From Octopus sinensis (taxonomy: Eukaryota), in contig NC_042997.1 of assembly GCF_006345805.1 (NCBI RefSeq), positions 62,001 through 126,000 of the forward strand: a stretch of 64,000 nt of DNA, in the 5' to 3' direction. Positions within the stretch are counted from its first letter, which is position 1, and each line of letters opens with the position of its first letter. Shown one piece after another: positions 57,336-64,000 of the stretch. The notes below the pieces were generated by a model. It was given only the letters and a program-made list of their open reading frames with translations, made no database searches and was not told the DNA's origin. The position numbers were made by a program, and so were the translations under genes.

Positions 57336-58044
57336 TTACACAGACATACTAGAACACCAACTACCAAATGAATACGCGTAGTATATTGTGTAACAGTACG
57401 CATGAGTCAATAAAAAAAAAGGGGCAATATAACGATAATCTTGAGATATATATCTTATATGGACAATGTGATTGCTATATGAAGAGAGCAATATTTTCCG
57501 AAAATGAAAAAGAATGGCATGTATTCAACTTGATATGATACGTCAGGCAAAAGAATCAAACTCTTGTAACAAAGATGAAATATTATGGAAATTTAACGGT
57601 GTGGAAATACTGAAAATGTGGACGTGAATGGTAACACCTTATCGATACTAACATCCGTTTTTATTTAGGTTAAGAAAATGAATCCTAAAATAAGAAATCC
57701 TTAGGAGGCGAAACGTATAATATTGGTTCATTTAGGGGTAGTGCATACCCTATTAAGCAGATACAGTAAGTGAGGAACTTAAAATGTTTTCATAAATGCA
57801 TATGTCAATGCATATATGAGTAATTGGAATTTATGTATCTATAGACAAAACATAATAAAACGCAAAACATAATAAAACGCAAAACGTCATGAACATTCTT
57901 TATGAGCTGATACATAGAAAAATATCTAATAATCAGGCTCTGTTCAGGTACTCGGTTATCGCCAGAATTATAATGTTCAGAACAAATACGATATGACGAA
58001 GGTCATGGTGTTGCTGCTGATGCCTCTGTTGTTGCTGCTGCTGT

Positions 58045-58122
<78 letters not shown>

Positions 58123-58124
58123 CA

Positions 58125-58478
58125 AGAAAAATGTTTTCTAATCGATGTATCAATACCAGCAGATGACAATGTTTCTCTTAAAGAAACGGAGGAACTTTCA
58201 AAATACAAAGATCAGGAAATAGAGATAACTCGAATGTGGAATCTAAAAACAGAAATAATTCTTATCATAGTAAGCGTATTAGGTATGATAAAAAAATATT
58301 CAGACAGATACATAGCAAAGGCACCAGAAAATATTAGGCACCGCACACATCCTACGTAAAACACTTTCAAAACAATGAAAATAAGAGAACAGCAACAAAC
58401 TACAGAACAAACCCAAGGTACACAGAATTGCACTCGGTAGTGCAGGGAAGGCACGTGATAAAAATAAGACTACTGAAT
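58125..58478 (+). mobile_element. Dong/R4 LINE 3' end (family E) on the plus strand, followed by (AAT)n
   Basis: CFLIDVSIPADDNVSLKE...SKYKDQEIEITRMWNLKTE; same 3' UTR as 41263 and 43336. Confidence 0.9.
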
Positions 58479-58482
58479 TTTG

Positions 58483-58546
<64 letters not shown>

Positions 58547-58549
58547 TAA

Positions 58550-58602
<53 letters not shown>

Positions 58603-59165
58603 TAAGGAAGATACACCGGGGGACGTTTAAGATGTAAGTACGATAAAACAGAGCTCTGAAATCTACCCACAAACATCGAAAACAAGGACATCGTATGGAG
58701 CCAAAGATTTACTAACAAAGGATTGGACTGTACCCGAGTAAGTAATAGTCATTGAAATTTATTACTATTTTCGAAACGAAATGATCTATTTTGACTCGAT
58801 ATTATCTCCACCTCTAACACAACACATGTAAACATGCGTGGTACATTACGATCCATCAACACTAGATCATCCCCGACCCCAAGCACCATGTACAAAGGAA
58901 CTACGAAGAAATTAAATACCACCGATATTATTCAACCCAAGAATAACAATCGGGAGGTACGTACTTTAAACTTACAACACAAAATGTACGAAAAACTACA
59001 CGTGCAAAACAATGTGACAACAGAAATGAACGGACTGGTACCCTACGAAAATGACGACCGTCAAAATAATGGGCCGGACGTTGTTCCTCATGCCCCGCAA
59101 ATAAAACCCAAAAGACATAAATGGACACGTGAGGAATACTTTTCTATCCTACACGCATACCAAAT
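58603..59165 (+). mobile_element. Probable 5' end (UTR plus ORF N-terminus) of a Dong/R4 element
   Basis: Begins right after (AAT)n. ORF 58834-59211 contains KRHKWTREEYFSILHAY, resembling the R.KWT.EE motif near R4/Dong N-termini. Confidence 0.55.
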
Positions 59166-59177
59166 GATAATGATAAT

Positions 59178-60759
59178 AGTCAAGACGAAGAACGCGATTC
59201 GATTGCTGTAGATATTTTATGAATGAGAACAACCAGCGTCCACACGTTGATGGAAGTAACATAATGAAGTTTGGGCAAATATTTTTGCACCAGACGAGGG
59301 GTTGCCCCAGGGTTGCTCCCATGGCAGTTAGTTTCTTTGTCTTCATGACGAAATTCGAGACTCAGTTACTGAAGACATTCAAATTCTTTCATGGTCATGA
59401 ACTAATACTTTGGTTATGGTTCATTGATGACGTCCTTTTTGTCTGGGAAGGATCATAGGATAGTGTAATTGACTTCTTGCATCTCTGTGACTGTTATGCT
59501 AAAAACTATGGTTTTAAGTCCAACTTAAAATTTACGTCTAGTTTTTCAAAACTAGCGTTGAATTTTTGGACACAAAAGTTAAGTTTCATGGAGGCAGAAT
59601 AGTGACGGAGTTATTTTGCGAGCCCATGTCATCCCACATTAATCTCCACCGCCGCTCCGATCATCCATATCATATTCGGTCAAATCTGAAATCCCAATTT
59701 TTGAGGATAAAATGGATTTATACTGACATAGAGGGTTACTGAAAACATGCAGATGCTTCTGCACATCATTATATCAAACGCGATTACAGTGAATCACGAT
59801 TAAAGAACATAGCAAATAAAAAAGCTAAGATTGACAAAGTTAGTTAAACCTCCACGCATAAATTTAACAAACACGATACAATAGCTGACAGAATTTCTTC
59901 AGTGATTAACTGGCACAGAAATTTCGCTGGCGTTTGAATTGCTGCATGAAAGTTACCAGCATGTGGTGAAAAAATATCCCCCCGTTTCAAACAGATATTT
60001 TCTCAGCCGCCCATTGTAGCCTTCAGACAGAATAAGAATATAAAAGAATTATTGACCTCTATTTCTGACTCCCAGAAAACGAACATTAGAATATCTGCAC
60101 GCTCTGCCTTGAAAACCAGCCGCAAGTGAGGTAAGCCCTGTTCACTGTGTGCAATAACATGAGTGAAATGAATTCCATCAGGAATCATAACAGAAATGTT
60201 ATGTTTTATACAGAAGGTGGGACATGTAGAGATTCCCATTTGGTGTACGCGGCAGAATGCACAAAACACAACTTGATTTCTATTGGCTGTACAACTGAAC
60301 AATTACACAAAAGATTTAATGGGTACAGATATAACGTCAGGCAAAATAACAGTAGTTCGACAGAATTTGCAGCGCATTTTGCTTCAAAAGGCTGCAATTT
60401 TGAAAACGACTGAATTTGCGTCACTTTCAATTCTCAAAATACACGAGGAGAAATGAATAAAATTACAGGAGAATATAATCAAATTTATACAAAGCTGATT
60501 AAATATTCTTTTTTCTTTTTCCTCCCCCCCTCTTTCTGTCTTTTTCTTTTCGCCTGTTATAAATTTGAAGCTTAAAGACTGATAATTCCATCAACGTGTG
60601 GACGCTGGTGGCTCTCGTTCATACATTAAATTTAAATTTCTATAATTTTTAATTTTTATCACTTCTTATTTTAAACTCGACAAAGACAAGCTTACTGTCG
60701 AAATATCGTTCAACCAATAAAATATATCTTACAATCGAATCGCGCTCTTCGTCTTGACT
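59178..60759 (+). mobile_element. Penelope-like element (PLE-4), 5'-truncated, with a short inverted copy of its 3' end at the 5' end
   Basis: LWLWFIDDVLFVW, EFLDTKV, SQFLRIK, PPIVAFRQNKNIKELL, K*GKPCSLC and VYAAECTKHNLISIGCT..LHKRFNG. 59178-59220 is an inverted match to 60717-60759. Confidence 0.9.
60673..60710 (+). ncRNA. Decayed minimal hammerhead-like motif (U3-A8 type) in the PLE-4 3' UTR
   Basis: AAC-UCGACAA-A-GACA(AGCUUAC)UGUC-GAA-AUAU-C-GUU; position 4 deviates (C instead of U). Confidence 0.45.
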
Positions 60760-60804
60760 GTTTACCTTTGTGAAGAGTTACGTCAATTCTTTTGAAATAT
60801 AATC

Positions 60805-60847
<43 letters not shown>

Positions 60848-60954
60848 TAGCTGACAAATACAAAAAAGGATTCATAGTACCTAACAATTATGGAGAAAAA
60901 GAAGAAAGAACAAAAGATGTATGGAATTGACAGTGAGGAACTCGTACTTACATA

Positions 60955-61160
60955 ATTTACATTATTTACATGTGACGGATATTTGTCCTCATCTAGTTTG
61001 TTGTTAATACAACGTTTCGGTTGATATATCCTTCAGCCTTCATCAGTTTCAAAATTTCCACAAGACACCTGGAGAAAGCTCCCTGGGATATCAGCCGAAA
61101 TGTTATGTTAGCAACAAACAAGATGAGGACAAATATCCATCAAATGTAAATAATGTAAAT
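60955..61160. repeat. 73-bp inverted repeat (65/73 identity) made of two head-to-head hammerhead-bearing element ends
   Basis: Arms 60955-61027 and 61088-61160. The minus strand reads CUGAUGA-AGGCUGA...UCAACC-GAAACGUU; the plus strand reads GACAC-CUGGAGA...CAGCC-GAAAUGUU. Confidence 0.88.
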
Positions 61161-61249
61161 AATTCTTCATCTTTTAAATATAGAGCTGTAAACCTCAAAA
61201 AGAAGAGTAATTAAATAGCGACCATGTCCTTAAAATAACTGCTTTGTTT

Positions 61250-61450
61250 TATATTAGCACGAGATTAGAATTTGGGGATAAAGCTTAGTCGATTACATCG
61301 ATCCCGTAACTAGCAGGCGTTTTATTTTATCGACTCCGAGAGATGAAATGCTAAGCTAATCTCCGTGCAATTAGAATTGAGAATGTAAAGAGTCGGATGA
61401 AATACCACAAGGCATTTTGTCCAGTGGTCTAGTGTTTCTGCTACAGCACC
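61250..61450 (-). mobile_element. Decayed family 2-like SINE
   Basis: TAGTCGATTACATCGATCCC...TTATTTTATCGACTCCG matches the reverse complement of the family 2 body. Confidence 0.6.
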
Positions 61451-62029
61451 ATCCTAATGATATCGTTAAAATAATGATTTTGACCATACAAACACACACA
61501 CAAAAGCATAGGTCAACTATACCTACTGCAGTACTTCATTAGATCTTATCAACCTAAACAAGATAAATACGATTGTTTGTACGATTTAGATTTGGAAGAT
61601 AAAAAATCGAAAGTTAATACCACAGTGCATTTTGTGTGTCCCTATACCAATCTTGCCAACACACCACATTTATGGTAACAATATTTTTTCATGTCACTCT
61701 CTTCTCTGAAATTTAAAGAAGATATCGAGAGACACAAGATTTAAGGATACAAGTGAAAAATATCAATTAATAGCTCAGAATCAACTACATTGAAAAGCGG
61801 AATGAATAAATAACTGAGATATCGATAGAAATCTATCAACACCAGCTGAGACAAACATAATTAAGAAAATAAAAAAAAAAGTCAGTGTGATATTTTTTGC
61901 AAGTGAAAACAACTGCCATTAGTGAATATTGAAACAAACAAGGAAAGACAGAAACACTGAACAGAAATATAATCTGGAACAAGTGCACGTGAAAATATGA
62001 ATTATTTCTTTTTCCTTGAATTATGAATG

Positions 62030-62600
62030 CATTAGCTGCAATAACCGGCTTTCCCTGGGTTTATTAATCATGACAAACACATTATAATTCCAAGTTTATT
62101 TCAGTAACTTTGATAGCTTGTGTGATATTGATGCTCATTGAAAGTGAAAGGCCTACTGGAAACTGGTGTTGTTTAAATCTGAATGGCACATCTGTCAGGA
62201 TCAAAGGAATACCTGCAATGAAAACATCTCACATGTCAAAATTGCTGCTTCCATGACGCGTGAAGTGTTTTCTTCATCACCTGTCGAATCCCACTGCTAA
62301 GTCGAGTGGCGTGCACATTTTTTATGAAGAATGCTCATGCTCTTTCATTTAAAATCTCTATGGGGAAATTCAACGATTCAGAGGGATTCATCATAGATTC
62401 CAAAGCTTTATACATAATTAACTCTCCTGGAACAAAATCCATCTGATTTGCTCTTTCATTTATTAGGAAGCGTACAGCTCATTTTGAAATCCATTTTTGA
62501 AGTAGAGATATTCATATATACATCTTCTACGTGCTCATTTACATCTCAAGCTTGGTTGATGCACTGAGGGAAATTTAGTATATCTGTCATTTTCAGCTGG
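62030..62600 (-). pseudogene. Helitron Pif1-like helicase C-terminal remnant
   Basis: FVPGELIMYKALESMMNPSESLNFPIEILN and DVFIAGIPLILTDVPFRFKQHQFPVGLSLSMSIN (compare IPRIPL..FKR.QFPV.L.FAM.IN). Confidence 0.78.
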
Positions 62601-63044
62601 GATTTGATCATTGTCATTTCCAATCAATATATTAGTATATACGCAAAAATATTTTGTATTTACTGAAAAGACACTCAGAGAAAATGATCATGCTTGCACT
62701 CAAAGCAAACGAAGGTCTAAGATCATAACATTCTTTCAGCTATGTCAAATTTATAAACTAGTCAAAACCTTTCTATACTCTCTTCTGTTAAGATACCTAA
62801 TTTAGCAAGAGGGAATAAAATGCTTTCGATGATGCAAACAAAGCATACTTGATCTGGATATCGGGACATTTAATTGCGTTGCGTTAGAGTGGCGTTCATA
62901 GATTGGAAAGTACAGAATTCTTCACATTCTTTCATTTGTGCTGATGTATCTTACGCTCTGGTAATTTCATCATTTAAATTCGAGCGTGAATCTTGGACTG
63001 AATGAACAACTCGACCCCTTCCTTTGTTCATATATTTTAACATA

Positions 63045-64000
63045 CTGGCATACCTCGGCTAAAGTTGTTTCGATTTAAGTCGTTCTCGATTATACGTCGG
63101 TTTTCAAAAATAATAGATGAAAAAATAAAAATCAAGTAAAGTCATTTTAATCGATTTTACGTCTGTCCACCAGAAATACTGGAATCGTAAGATCACTAGA
63201 AAACGTTAAAAGCACGTAACATCATGTTACTCTACAATAAATAAGAATAAACGCATATAAAATCGTTAAAATACATACAGTAAATGTTAGAAAACACACC
63301 ATAAAGTAATGTAGTAGCTTAGTGAACGAAATCATGAAATCAGCTGTGTTGTCTTATTTAAATGTCTTTCAGAGCTCATATTCCATTGCAGTTCCAATAT
63401 CTACCATTAGGCGTCGCTGTCACTCGTGATTGCTCGATTTGAATTCAGATTTGTTTACGTCTGTTTATCGGCCACTTTCTCATTCTCATTCATTTGTGAC
63501 TTTATTTTATGCCTCCATGGCTCCTAAAAAAATGCATAGTGAAAGTGCTAAGTGTCATGCTATAACGCTGGAAGATAAACTGACTATGATAAAACGCCAA
63601 AGTGAAAAAGTGGTAGTAATTGCACGATCTTTTGGGATGAGTCGGACACTTGTATCGACGATTGTACATAATAAGGACAAGATTTTAGCACGAAGACCCA
63701 GGGATGAAGAACACTGTCATCAATAAGAAAAAAGGAAGAATCTTTGAAGAAATGGAAAGTCTTCTTTTTCTTTGGATTGTTAGGTTGAATCGTCAGCGTG
63801 CTAATATTAGTCAATCATTCAACAGAAAGCGTTCTCTTTGAGGACCTGAAGAAAAAATATCCAGATGAGAAAGATGTAGAGTTCAAGGTAAGTCAAGGAT
63901 GGTTCATGAGATTTAAAAAGCGAAGAAGTTATCACTCCATTTAGAAGCAAGGTGAAACTGCATCAGCTGACAAACAAGCAGCAGCGGAATTTATTAATGC
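63045..64000 (+). mobile_element. Tigger/pogo-type DNA transposon 5' part (runs off the window)
   Basis: TA|CTGGCATACCTCG resembles the Tigger TIR start CAGGCATACCTCG. The transposase from 63517 has MAPKK..ITLEDKLTMIKR, IARSFGMSRTLVSTIVHNKDKI and FKVSQGWFMRFKKR...GETASADKQAA, with frameshifts and a stop. Confidence 0.88.

Noticed and set aside
63517-64000. Domesticated TIGD/CENP-B-like gene
   Set aside because: Frameshifts, an in-frame stop and a retained TIR indicate a dead transposon copy.

Overview
AT-rich, microsatellite-dense eukaryotic DNA. It is inferred to be coleoid cephalopod, most likely Octopus, from the tRNA-derived SINE families, the Dong/R4 LINE load and the microsatellite spectrum; this was not checked against a database. 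No host protein-coding gene, rRNA, tRNA gene or CRISPR array can be supported, and most ORFs in the track are translations of microsatellites. The window is a transposon graveyard containing: a Tx1/L1-clade LINE (5.6-8.5 kb); four Penelope-like element (PLE) fragments (20.9-24.9 kb and 59.2-60.8 kb); a full-length dead mariner with TIRs and TA TSD (28.3-29.5 kb) plus an older mariner remnant; about 15 Dong/R4-related pieces, including at least 5 distinct 3'-end families, nested in one (TAA)n field and all on one strand (34.7-48.3 kb); RTE and CR1-like tails; Helitron pieces; a Tc2/pogo-like MITE; a Tigger-like element; and three SINE families, several with clear TSDs. The most interesting layer is RNA structure the ORF track does not show: several type I hammerhead-ribozyme-like motifs tied to PLE ends and (TA)n tracts. 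One has a complete catalytic core and a stem I extended by a perfect 23-bp inverted repeat (51706-51849). Three copies share a U at core position 6 and two of them show stem I covariation. One resembles a U3-A8 variant, and one pair is head-to-head in a 73-bp palindrome. One PLE also has an in-frame TGA at a zinc-finger Cys position (possible selenocysteine, weak evidence). Coordinates were counted by hand and TE boundaries are approximate. Indels in homopolymers and (TA)n suggest some long-read assembly error.
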